Assembly: GCA_902526565.1 (NCBI GenBank)
Contig: CABZLP010000002.1
Span: 38,191-102,190, forward strand
Source of the DNA: an uncultured Pelagibacteraceae bacterium
GTDB taxonomy: Bacteria > Pseudomonadota > Alphaproteobacteria > Pelagibacterales > AG-422-B15
Direction: 5' to 3'
DNA length: 64,000 nucleotides
Shown: positions 39,030-47,724 of the stretch, piece by piece
How the letters are laid out: every line of letters begins with the position of its first letter
How positions within the stretch are numbered: the stretch's first letter is position 1
Program-made: the position numbers and the translations under genes
The notes under the pieces: model-generated
Seen by the model: only the letters and a program-made list of their open reading frames with translations
The model's database searches: none
Told to the model about the DNA's origin: nothing

Positions 39030-39809
39030 ATGACTAAAATAGTTAGTTGGAATGTCAATTCAATCAGAGTTCGCTTACCTCACCTTGTCCAGTTGAAAGA
39101 AACTATTGATCCTGAAGTCATCATGCTTCAAGAAACTAAGTCAACAGATGAAAATTTTCCATTTGATGACATTAAGGAAATGGGTTTTGAAGTAATTACA
39201 AAAGGACAAAAATCTTATAATGGTGTCGCAATATTATCGAAACTTCCCATGGACCTTATAGCCAATGAACTTCCTGGCAATGCGAAAGATGAGCAAGCAA
39301 GATTTATTGAAGTAAAGATCAAAGATAGTAACCCTTTTAATATTGCAACGATTTATTTGCCCAATGGTAATCCAATAGATACGGAAAAATTTCCCTATAA
39401 ACTCGATTGGATGCAAAGACTTAAAGATTATGCAAAAAAGAAAATTGATAATCAAGAGACAGTAATTTTTGGGGGAGATTACAATATAATTCCAAACCGT
39501 GGCGATGCAGTGAATATTGAAAAATGGAAAAATGACGCTCTTCATCACCCTGACTCAATTAAAATTTTTAGAGAAATAATCAACCTTGGGCTAACGGATG
39601 TATTTCGAGTATTTAATTCAAAAGAATTTGAATTTACGTACTGGGATTACTCACGTGGCTCATGGGAAAAAGATAATGGTCTGAGAATTGATCATTTTTT
39701 ATCAACACCTAGCGCAACAGATCGAATTATTGACTGTCAAATTGAAAAACAATTCAGAGGTCTTGAGCGACCTTCTGACCATGTACCTATTTGGTTTGAA
39801 ATAAAATAA
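39030..39809 (+). CDS. xth: Exodeoxyribonuclease III
   Basis: 259 aa. Motifs: KIVSWNVNSIRVRL, LQETK, GDYNI, and C-terminal SDHVPIW. Confidence 0.93.
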   Translation: MTKIVSWNVNSIRVRLPHLVQLKETIDPEVIMLQETKSTDENFPFDDIKEMGFEVITKGQKSYNGVAILSKLPMDLIANELPGNAKDEQARFIEVKIKDSNPFNIATIYLPNGNPIDTEKFPYKLDWMQRLKDYAKKKIDNQETVIFGGDYNIIPNRGDAVNIEKWKNDALHHPDSIKIFREIINLGLTDVFRVFNSKEFEFTYWDYSRGSWEKDNGLRIDHFLSTPSATDRIIDCQIEKQFRGLERPSDHVPIWFEIK

Positions 39810-40769
39810 TTACTTTGGATTTCTCGCAATAATATTTATTAATTCGTAAACGATTGTAGCTGCAGCAGTAGATGTCAGCTCAGCATGATCATAGGCTGGT
39901 GCAACTTCAACTACATCAGCTGAAACAAGTTGAGATCCAGCAAGACCGCGTAACACATTTAAAATTTCTCTTGTGGTCATGCCAGCTACTTCGGGAGTTC
40001 CTGTACCTGGAGCATGAGCAGGATCTAACACATCAATATCAATAGATATGTAAAGAGGGTTGTCTCCAATTCTGTCTTTAATTCTCTGAACAATTTGATC
40101 AATTGAGTTAGTCTGAAATTCATCACAATGTATTGTTTTAAATCCTAGATCTCGATCATTTTTTAGATCATTAGTGCTGTATAAAGGCCCCCTAATGCCA
40201 ATGTGCATTGAAGCATCATCTAAAAATAAACTTTCCTCTCTTGCTCGTCTAAATGGAGTTCCGTGCGTATAAGGTGCGCCAAAATAAGTGTCCCACGTAT
40301 CTAAATGGGCATCAAAATGAACCAAAGCAACCGGTTCCCCAACTTTTTTGTTAACAGATCTTAAAAGTGGCAATGCAATTGTGTGATCACCGCCAATTGT
40401 GACAATGCTTCCTGCTTTTGAAAGAAAATCATCAGCTCCTTTTTCAATTTGCTTAATGGCCTCATCAATATCAAATGGGTTGCAGGCAATGTCTCCTGCG
40501 TCAGCAACTTGCTGAACCTTAAATGGTTCAACATCATAATCCGGATGATAATTTGTTCTTAATTGGCGAGAAGCTTGTCGAACGGCCTGAGGACCAAACC
40601 TAGCTCCTGGTCTGTAGCTTGTTCCGGCATCAAATGGTACACCGATTATTGCTACATCACACTGATCAACATCTCTTAGTTCTGGTAAACGTGCAAATGT
40701 AGATGGTCCAGCGTATCTTGGAACAACGGTACCACTTACTGGTTGAATAGGTTCTTTTTTATCAGTCAT
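39810..40769 (-). CDS. Agmatinase-family ureohydrolase (agmatinase / guanidino-acid hydrolase subfamily; substrate not resolvable from sequence)
   Basis: 319 aa. Binuclear-Mn motifs GGDHTIALP, FDAHLDTWD and SIDIDVLDPAHAPGTGTPE are present. The N-terminal QPVSGTVVPRYAGPSTFARLP resembles GbuA/GpuA-type enzymes more than E. coli SpeB (from memory). Confidence 0.85.
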   Translation of the reverse strand: MTDKKEPIQPVSGTVVPRYAGPSTFARLPELRDVDQCDVAIIGVPFDAGTSYRPGARFGPQAVRQASRQLRTNYHPDYDVEPFKVQQVADAGDIACNPFDIDEAIKQIEKGADDFLSKAGSIVTIGGDHTIALPLLRSVNKKVGEPVALVHFDAHLDTWDTYFGAPYTHGTPFRRAREESLFLDDASMHIGIRGPLYSTNDLKNDRDLGFKTIHCDEFQTNSIDQIVQRIKDRIGDNPLYISIDIDVLDPAHAPGTGTPEVAGMTTREILNVLRGLAGSQLVSADVVEVAPAYDHAELTSTAAATIVYELINIIARNPK

Positions 40770-40774
40770 AAAGT

Positions 40775-41983
40775 TTAATCAAATCCTCCAAAATCTTGGA
40801 ATAGCGATGGATCTCCAAAAATGTCACCGTAATCTTCTGTTCCTCCTAAGGATCCTCCTGAGAGTTCTTCCTCAGTTAATTCATTAGACTCTAAGGTTTG
40901 CAATTGTTCAAGAAATTTTGATTTTTTTTGCTGATCTGCAGCGTCAATGCAAGACTGTCCATAAAGATCATTTTTGACAATTTGTGTTGCTCCATAAGTA
41001 GCAAAAACTAATATAAGCAAGATTGCAACTATTCCTTTTGGAACTCTAAAACCTGCTTTGTATTCCTTATTAATTCTGCCAGAAGCAGCTTTCTCTTTAA
41101 CAAATATTTCTTGAGATTGAGCATATTTTTTTTCACTTCTTCTTCTTAATATTTCATATGTAACAGCTGCAATAACAGTTAATGCTATAATGGTCAAAGC
41201 CAATGCACTTAAGGCGGGACTAATGCCAAGTCTTACTTTGGAAGCAATGACTGTGGTTAGTGTTTGATCAGATAAAATACTAAATACAGTCGTATTATAA
41301 TTTTCAAAAGAAAACAAAAAGGAAATAACCGCTGCTGATGCAATCGCCGGCATTAAATAAGGTACTAAAATTTTAAAAAATACTTGTGTTTGAGTTGCGC
41401 CTAAATCCAATGCAGCTTCCTCTTGTGTTTGGTCAAATCTTTGAAGTCTTGCGACAAAAATTAAAAAGCAGTAAGTTGATATAAAGCACGTTTGTGCTAG
41501 AATTGTGAGAAATATTCCATTTCTACCAACATCAGAAATGAATCCATCTCCTCCAAGTCCCGCGATACGATCCCATAATACTACAGTGGATATTCCAATA
41601 ATGACACCTGGAAATAAAACAGGCATAATAGAGATTGAATAATAAATATCTCTTAACTGAGATCGAACTTGTGTTAAGACAATTGCGGCTGCCATGCCAA
41701 TTGGCACAGAAAGTGATACGACTCCTGCTCCGATAATTAAACTACTAATAATTCCATCATGTAATCGCCAATCTGAAAGAAGGCCCGCTAAATGTTGCCC
41801 GTCGTATGCAATTTTTCCTTCATTAAACCATCTAAAACTAAAACACTCCCAAGGAGAAATAGATGGAAACTCAGCAGAGTTAAATGCTGTAATACTCATG
41901 ATGATCAATGGACCAAATAGATAGGCAAAAAATATAAATATATACATGCCCATCATGAAATTAATAAAGTATGTTGGTTTCAT
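40775..41983 (-). CDS. ABC transporter permease (PotC-like core) with a 117-aa C-terminal extension containing an extra TM helix and an acidic tail
   Basis: 402 aa. The EAA loop is QEEAALDLGATQTQ and the core ends near residue 285. It is followed by GIVAILLILVFATYGATQIV (TM) and an acidic tail ..ELTEEELSGGSLGGTEDYGDIFGDPSLFQDFGGFD. Its start overlaps the upstream permease stop (ATGA). Confidence 0.82.
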   Translation of the reverse strand: MKPTYFINFMMGMYIFIFFAYLFGPLIIMSITAFNSAEFPSISPWECFSFRWFNEGKIAYDGQHLAGLLSDWRLHDGIISSLIIGAGVVSLSVPIGMAAAIVLTQVRSQLRDIYYSISIMPVLFPGVIIGISTVVLWDRIAGLGGDGFISDVGRNGIFLTILAQTCFISTYCFLIFVARLQRFDQTQEEAALDLGATQTQVFFKILVPYLMPAIASAAVISFLFSFENYNTTVFSILSDQTLTTVIASKVRLGISPALSALALTIIALTVIAAVTYEILRRRSEKKYAQSQEIFVKEKAASGRINKEYKAGFRVPKGIVAILLILVFATYGATQIVKNDLYGQSCIDAADQQKKSKFLEQLQTLESNELTEEELSGGSLGGTEDYGDIFGDPSLFQDFGGFD

Positions 41984-42909
41984 TTTACAATTTCACCAAT
42001 CTTAACTTTAAAAATCCGCATCATTGCTAAAACAAAAATAACAGAAATAATTAATAAAATAATTGAGTACGCTGATCCACGTGACCAGTTATCATTCATG
42101 TTGAACCACTGATAAATAAGCTGCGGAAACCAAAGAGTATTTGGGCTGCTTAAGACCACCGGTGTTGCAAGAGCTCCAACAGTCAACATAAATACCATTG
42201 TGCATCCAGACACAATTCCTGGCTTTGCATGAGGAATTACTATCCTCCAATGCGTCCTCAAAGAGGATGAGCCTAGATCTTTTGCGGCCTCAATCTGATT
42301 AATGTCTAAACTCTCAATGGCGTTATATAGAGGAAACATCATTAATAAAATGTATGCGTATACCAGGCCCGTATATAATCCAACATCATATGTAATGAAC
42401 AAAATACTTTGATCAATTACTCCTATTCCAGTTAAAAAATTATTTATAACTCCTTCATTTGCAAAAAGTATTCTTAAAGCAAAGGACCTTAAGAGTTCAT
42501 TGATCCAAAATGGTATTATTAAAGAAACAATCAATAGTCTCGCAGTGCTTGGATTAGCAATTTTAGCAATATAAAAAGCAATTGGATAACAAAATAACAA
42601 ATTCGCAATAGTGACCATTATCGATACAAGAATAGTTCTTCCAAAAACTCCAAGATCAACAAAATTAAATGCATCAAGTGATGTTTTTGAGCCAAAAACA
42701 AAATGCTGATAATGTTCCATTGTATAATAATCTTGAGGTCCTCCACGCGCTAACGGCGGGACATTTGATCTAAAAGATAAGTCCAGCATGTATAGTTGAG
42801 GTATGATGACAAGGAAAACAAACCAAAAGACTATTGCCACCAAGAAATAAATAGCAACTGCCTTACCGTTCTTTTTAAAAAATGGCTGTGTGAAAAAATA
42901 ATTGCCCAT
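41980..42909 (-). CDS. ABC transporter permease (PotB-like)
   Basis: 309 aa with six TM. The EAA loop is IEAAKDLGSSSLRTHWRIVIPH. Confidence 0.86.
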   Translation of the reverse strand: MGNYFFTQPFFKKNGKAVAIYFLVAIVFWFVFLVIIPQLYMLDLSFRSNVPPLARGGPQDYYTMEHYQHFVFGSKTSLDAFNFVDLGVFGRTILVSIMVTIANLLFCYPIAFYIAKIANPSTARLLIVSLIIPFWINELLRSFALRILFANEGVINNFLTGIGVIDQSILFITYDVGLYTGLVYAYILLMMFPLYNAIESLDINQIEAAKDLGSSSLRTHWRIVIPHAKPGIVSGCTMVFMLTVGALATPVVLSSPNTLWFPQLIYQWFNMNDNWSRGSAYSIILLIISVIFVLAMMRIFKVKIGEIVK

Positions 42910-42911
42910 AT

Positions 42912-44009
42912 TTAATCTATGGCTAATTGTGCTTTAGGCAAAATTGATGACTTTATGGACTCAAAGCCAAGTTGTAATTTTGTACCTGAAGAGATTGATG
43001 AAGTATCAATTGCATTTGGAATAGAAAACTTGATCTTTGTTCCTGACTTTAACGTTGCGTAGAAATTTTTTATATTTCCCTCAAACTCAAAGCTTTCAAT
43101 ATTTACATCAATTAAATTATCAAAACTATCTCCATCTCTTGGTATGAATAATGACTCAGGTCTTACAAAAGCAATTGCTTCATCCCCAATGTTTAATTTC
43201 TTATTTTCGTTCATTGTCGATAAGAAATCACCATCAGGAGTTTCTATTTTAATCTTATTTTGATTGATCTCTTTTACTTTTCCAAATAGAGGATTGTTTT
43301 CTCCAACAAAAGTTGCAACAAAAGGGGTTAATGGGTTGTTATAAACCGCATCACAAGGTCCTATCTGCTCAATTTCTCCTTCGTTCATTACAGCAATCCT
43401 ATCAGACATTGTTAATGCCTCACCTTGGTCATGAGTAATATAAATAAATGTTATGTTAACCCTTTTTTGAATTTCTCTTAACTCGGTTCTCATTCTTTGT
43501 CTTAGTTTTAGATCTAATGCAGACAAAGGTTCGTCTAATAATAAAACTTTTGGTTCAACAGCCAATGCTCTTGCGATTGCTACTCTTTGTTTTTGTCCTC
43601 CTGATAATTGATGTACTTTTTTTTCGCCCTGTCCTTCCAATGCAATAAGCTCTAAAAGCTCATCTGCTCTTTTTTGTCTATCTCCCTTTGAGACCCCTCT
43701 GACCTCCAGAGAGAAAGCAATATTTTCAGAAACTGACATTAAAGGAAATAAGGCTAGATTCTGGAATATTAAAGAAGTAGGTCTTTTATTTGGTCCTATG
43801 CCAGACATGTCTTTCTTATCAATTAGTACAGATCCTTCAGAGGGATCTTGAAATCCTGAAATGGCTCTGAGCAATGTTGTCTTTCCACACCCAGATGGTC
43901 CTAAGAAAGAAAAAAATTCACCGCCGTTAATTTTTACGTTTACGCTTTTAGCTGCATAAAAACTCCCAAAAGTAACTGAAACGTTATTTAACTCTACGTC
44001 TGCACTCAT
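42912..44009 (-). CDS. ABC transporter ATP-binding protein (PotA-type with C-terminal TOBE-like domain)
   Basis: 365 aa. Walker A GPSGCGKTT, signature LSGGQKQRVAIARAL, Walker B LLLDEP, plus a roughly 120-aa C-terminal regulatory domain. Confidence 0.9.
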   Translation of the reverse strand: MSADVELNNVSVTFGSFYAAKSVNVKINGGEFFSFLGPSGCGKTTLLRAISGFQDPSEGSVLIDKKDMSGIGPNKRPTSLIFQNLALFPLMSVSENIAFSLEVRGVSKGDRQKRADELLELIALEGQGEKKVHQLSGGQKQRVAIARALAVEPKVLLLDEPLSALDLKLRQRMRTELREIQKRVNITFIYITHDQGEALTMSDRIAVMNEGEIEQIGPCDAVYNNPLTPFVATFVGENNPLFGKVKEINQNKIKIETPDGDFLSTMNENKKLNIGDEAIAFVRPESLFIPRDGDSFDNLIDVNIESFEFEGNIKNFYATLKSGTKIKFSIPNAIDTSSISSGTKLQLGFESIKSSILPKAQLAID

Positions 44010-44044
44010 AAGAAAATTATAGTTATTAAATTAATAAACACGAT

Positions 44045-44076
44045 AAAAAAAGCGCCCAAGATACGATCTTGAGCGC
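44045..44076 (-). terminator. Strong intrinsic terminator between the SBP gene and the ATPase gene
   Basis: The minus-strand RNA is GCGCUCAAGAU-CGU-AUCUUGGGCGC followed by U7. This is an 11-bp GC-rich stem (one G.U pair) with a 3-nt loop, 23 nt after the SBP stop and 35 nt before the ATPase start. Confidence 0.85.
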
Positions 44077-44098
44077 CTTAAATGTTAATAGAAACTAA

Positions 44099-45244
44099 TT
44101 ACGCCGTTTCAAACTTATTCGCGTACTCAGCTCTTGCATCAGCAAACCAAGGTGGCTCTGGTGGCCAAGGATTCAACTTAGTAGAAGTATCCCCTGGATA
44201 AATTGCTTTAGCCAAAGCTTTTGTTTCTGATGAGTAGAAATCAGAAGCGCCATTAACAGCTGAATTATATCCAATTTCATTAATAGTTTGACCACCAACC
44301 TCAGGGGTAAAGCTATAATTGATTAATTCATAAGCTTCATCAATGTTCTCAGCTTTTGCAGATAATGTTATTCCGTCAATCCATGCTAACGCACCTTCAT
44401 CTGTAGTTTGATAAGCAACTGGTTCGCCAGCTTTCATCATTGCTGCAATTGGGCCATCCCAAGTTTGTCCAACGATCACACCATCAGATGTAAATCCTTG
44501 TTTCTGAGGATCAGCTCCTGACCAGAATTTAACAAGATTTCCTTTTTTTGAAATACAGAAATCAGTAATTGTCTCCCAGTTCTTTCTCATAGTATCTTCG
44601 TCCTTATAAGAAGACCAGAAATCCATCTTACCTTGGTGATGCATCCAAATTCCACAACCTGTCATCATTGAATAAGTTCTACCCATCATGAAGGCTCCAT
44701 CAATGCCTGGATTAGGCTCCCATAAATCACCGAAACTTGGAAGGCCATCTGGAGTCCATTTATCAGTCCTCCAAGAAATCGACTCTGTTCCCCACAATTG
44801 TGGAACCCAGTGAGATCCATTACCACCAAAATTCCAATCACGCTCACCTACTGCAAGCATCCCTGGGTTAACGGCACTAGTATTAATTCTATTCATATCG
44901 AATGGAGCTAAGACACCAAGGTTTTCCCATTGCAAGGCCCTCATGTTCGTAGGGCTTGCTAAGTCATAACCTGCGCCACCACCAGCTTTCATTTTTGATA
45001 TTATTTCACCATTGTCTCCAATTTTGGTGTGGTTAACTGTAATGCCAGTCTTAGCTTTAAAATCAGCTACAACTGAGTCAGGTAGGTACTCACCCCACAT
45101 CAAAACATTTACAACAGGTGCGGCAAAAGCATTTGGAATATACCAGGGACCAATAGCTGCGGCTGCTCCAGTTGCAGCTGCACCTTTTAGGACTGATCTT
45201 CTTGAAACTTTTGCAGCCTTAAGAGTTTTATTTATTTTCTTCAC
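44099..45244 (-). CDS. PotD/PotF-family periplasmic substrate-binding protein with twin-arginine signal peptide
   Basis: 381 aa with a GTG start. The Tat motif is SRRSVLKGAAATGAAAA..AFA. VNVLMWGEYLPDSVVADFKAKTGITV, GYDLASPT and EAYELINYSFTPEV parallel E. coli PotF segments (from memory). Confidence 0.85.
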   Translation of the reverse strand: MKKINKTLKAAKVSRRSVLKGAAATGAAAAIGPWYIPNAFAAPVVNVLMWGEYLPDSVVADFKAKTGITVNHTKIGDNGEIISKMKAGGGAGYDLASPTNMRALQWENLGVLAPFDMNRINTSAVNPGMLAVGERDWNFGGNGSHWVPQLWGTESISWRTDKWTPDGLPSFGDLWEPNPGIDGAFMMGRTYSMMTGCGIWMHHQGKMDFWSSYKDEDTMRKNWETITDFCISKKGNLVKFWSGADPQKQGFTSDGVIVGQTWDGPIAAMMKAGEPVAYQTTDEGALAWIDGITLSAKAENIDEAYELINYSFTPEVGGQTINEIGYNSAVNGASDFYSSETKALAKAIYPGDTSTKLNPWPPEPPWFADARAEYANKFETA

Positions 45245-45511
45245 GGCTACTCCTCACATTGTTAATTAATTAATAAAAAATTCTCATACATAAGAGAGAG
45301 TGTGTAAAGAATAAAGTTTAAGAAATTTGAACAAATCTATGTAATAAAATAATTTAATTTTCTTCTAAGTTTCTGAAAAATATTAATAAAAATTAATTAT
45401 AATTTATTACATTAAGAGAATTTACTAACTATATGATTCATATAAATATATTTTTTTTATATTTTGATACTTAATACTTGGCTAAATCACTGTTTTAAAT
45501 AGACTTTTGTC

Positions 45512-46558
45512 GTGATTTTAACAACAACAATTGGTTCGTTCCCTAAGCCATCTTTTTTGCCTTTATCAGATTGGTTTAAAGGAGAGAAAGGTACTGACAA
45601 CGAAAGACCAACTTCAGCATATCAAGAAGAAAAACATAAGATGGGCAGTCAATATGAAAGTCTAGTAAATGAAGCATCAAAACAAGTCATTAATGATCAG
45701 ATTGCTTGTGGAGTCGATATTGTCACTGATGGAGAGGTTAGAAGAGAAAATTATATTCACTATCATTGCAGGCATTTAAAAGGGATAGACTTTAAGATAC
45801 TCACTGAAAAATCTGCAAGGACTGGAAATTATAATTGCTGGCTTCCCACCATAACAAAAAAAATTGAATTTAATGGTTATTTTTTAGATAAAGAATTTAA
45901 GCTTAATCAATCTATTTCAAACAAGCCAATTAAAGCTACAATACCGGGCCCCCTTACTATTGCTGATACTATTTCTGATAACTTTTATCATGAAGAAAAA
46001 AAGATGTGCTTCGACCTAGGTGAAGTAATCAATAAGGAAATTAAAAATCTTGTTGATGCTGGCTGTAGATATATTCAAATTGATGAACCGCTATTTGCAA
46101 GAAAATCAAAAAAAGCGCTCGAGTTTGGGATTGATAATATTGAACGTTGCTTTCACGGCATTGATAATTGCGATAAAATCGTACACATTTGTTGTGGCTA
46201 TCCTGATAAAATAGACTCAGTTGATTATCCAAAGGCTCCTCTATCTAGCTATTTTGATTTGGCTGACGCATTAGAGGGAAGTTGTATTGATACAATTTCG
46301 ATTGAAGATGCACATAGATATAATGATTTAAAGTTATTAGAAAAATACAAAACAAAAAAAATTGTATTTGGTCTTTTAAAAATAGCCTCAAGTCAAATTG
46401 AAGATATTGATATGATTAGAACTAGAGCTTTAGATTGCCTTAACCATATTGATAAAGAAAGACTTATAGCTGCTCCTGATTGCGGTCTTGGCTATTTATC
46501 ACGAGAGTTAGCAATAAAAAAATTAACAAATCTCTGTAAAGCTGTTGAAGATATTTAA
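45512..46558 (+). CDS. Single-domain (C-terminal-barrel only) cobalamin-independent methionine synthase homologue (core-MetE family)
   Basis: 348 aa with a GTG start. Motifs: TTTIGSFPKP start, DGEVRRENY, IQIDEP, and putative Zn ligands in VHICCGY, SIEDAH and APDCGLG. It is about half the length of full MetE and lacks the N-terminal folate barrel. Confidence 0.75.
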   Translation: MILTTTIGSFPKPSFLPLSDWFKGEKGTDNERPTSAYQEEKHKMGSQYESLVNEASKQVINDQIACGVDIVTDGEVRRENYIHYHCRHLKGIDFKILTEKSARTGNYNCWLPTITKKIEFNGYFLDKEFKLNQSISNKPIKATIPGPLTIADTISDNFYHEEKKMCFDLGEVINKEIKNLVDAGCRYIQIDEPLFARKSKKALEFGIDNIERCFHGIDNCDKIVHICCGYPDKIDSVDYPKAPLSSYFDLADALEGSCIDTISIEDAHRYNDLKLLEKYKTKKIVFGLLKIASSQIEDIDMIRTRALDCLNHIDKERLIAAPDCGLGYLSRELAIKKLTNLCKAVEDI

Positions 46559-47670
46559 GAAATTAACTTTTCAGGCATACAAAAATCTAAATTAAGATCT
46601 TTAGCAACATCTTGCTGTGTACAGTGTCCATTCATTACATTTAGGCCATTTAAGAAATTCTTATTTGAACTCAAAGCTTTATTGAGACCATTTTTGGCTA
46701 AATCAGATACGAATGGCAATGTTGCTTGATTAAGGCTGATTGTTGATGTTCTAGGTACACATCCAGGCATATTTGTAACACAATAATGAACAACATTATG
46801 CTTAACATACACCGGATCAGCATGAGTTGTTGGCTTGCTGGTTTCAATGCATCCCCCCTGATCAATGGCTACGTCAACAAGAGCAGAACCTGGCTTCATC
46901 TTTGAAACTAAGTTTTCCGAAACAAGTTTTGGCGCTGATGCGCCTGGCACAAGAACACCTCCTATCAATAAATCACAATCTTTTACATTTGCATTAATAT
47001 TGTCAGGTGTTGAGATCACAGTTGTAACTTCATTGTTGAAGAATGATTTTAACTCATCAAGCCTCTGTTGAGATTGATCAATTAAAATAACATTTGCTTT
47101 CATTCCATGCGCTATTAATGCGGCATTAAATCCAACTACACCACAGCCAATAATAACTACATTTGCTGGTGGGGCTCCAGTTGCGCCTGATAAAAGCACT
47201 CCTCTTCCATTGTTTATTGTCTCTAATGATCTTGCTCCTGCTTGAATAGAAATTCTGCCTGCAACTTCGCTCATCGGGGCGAGTAATGGTAGACGATTAT
47301 TCTCATCAGTAACAGTCTCGTAGGCGATGCACGTTGATCTAGATTTCATTAGCCCTAGAGTAAGTTCCTTATTGGCGGCTAAATGAAGATAGGTAAATAA
47401 TAGTTGATTTTTTTTAAGAAGCTCAACTTCTTGTTTTTGTGGTTCTTTAACTTTAATTATTAGTTCGCTTATATCAAAAACCTCTTTGGCAGTTTTGCAA
47501 ATGCTTGCGCCTGCAGAAGAGTAGTCAGCGTCAGTAAAGCCTGAGCCTATTCCTGCTCCTGTTTCAACAATTACCTTATTACCTTCTGAAACAAGTATCT
47601 TTACACTATCAGCAGATAGTCCTACTCTATTTTCTTGAGGTTTGATTTCTTTTGGAACACCTATTAACAT
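46555..47670 (-). CDS. ald: Alanine dehydrogenase
   Basis: 371 aa. Motifs: MLIGVPKEIKPQENRVGL, the NAD fold VIIGCGVVGFNAA, and VDVAIDQGG. Confidence 0.93.
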   Translation of the reverse strand: MLIGVPKEIKPQENRVGLSADSVKILVSEGNKVIVETGAGIGSGFTDADYSSAGASICKTAKEVFDISELIIKVKEPQKQEVELLKKNQLLFTYLHLAANKELTLGLMKSRSTCIAYETVTDENNRLPLLAPMSEVAGRISIQAGARSLETINNGRGVLLSGATGAPPANVVIIGCGVVGFNAALIAHGMKANVILIDQSQQRLDELKSFFNNEVTTVISTPDNINANVKDCDLLIGGVLVPGASAPKLVSENLVSKMKPGSALVDVAIDQGGCIETSKPTTHADPVYVKHNVVHYCVTNMPGCVPRTSTISLNQATLPFVSDLAKNGLNKALSSNKNFLNGLNVMNGHCTQQDVAKDLNLDFCMPEKLIS

Positions 47671-47724
47671 ATATAACTAATTTTTATACTATTTGTATAA
47701 ATATAAAAAGGGCAAAGAACTCTA

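Noticed and set aside
45433-45474. A 13-codon upstream ORF (MIHINIFFLYFDT) in the leader of the core-MetE gene, considered as a possible attenuation leader peptide.
   Set aside because: It has no Met or Cys codon enrichment, no SD, and no alternative hairpins that I could pair with it. Such mini-ORFs are frequent in AT-rich DNA.
45245-45511. A firm riboswitch call (SAM-II, SAM-V or other) for the 267-bp spacer.
   Set aside because: I could not identify the conserved core sequences or pseudoknot by eye. It is kept only as a hypothesis to test with covariance models and is not annotated as an ncRNA feature.
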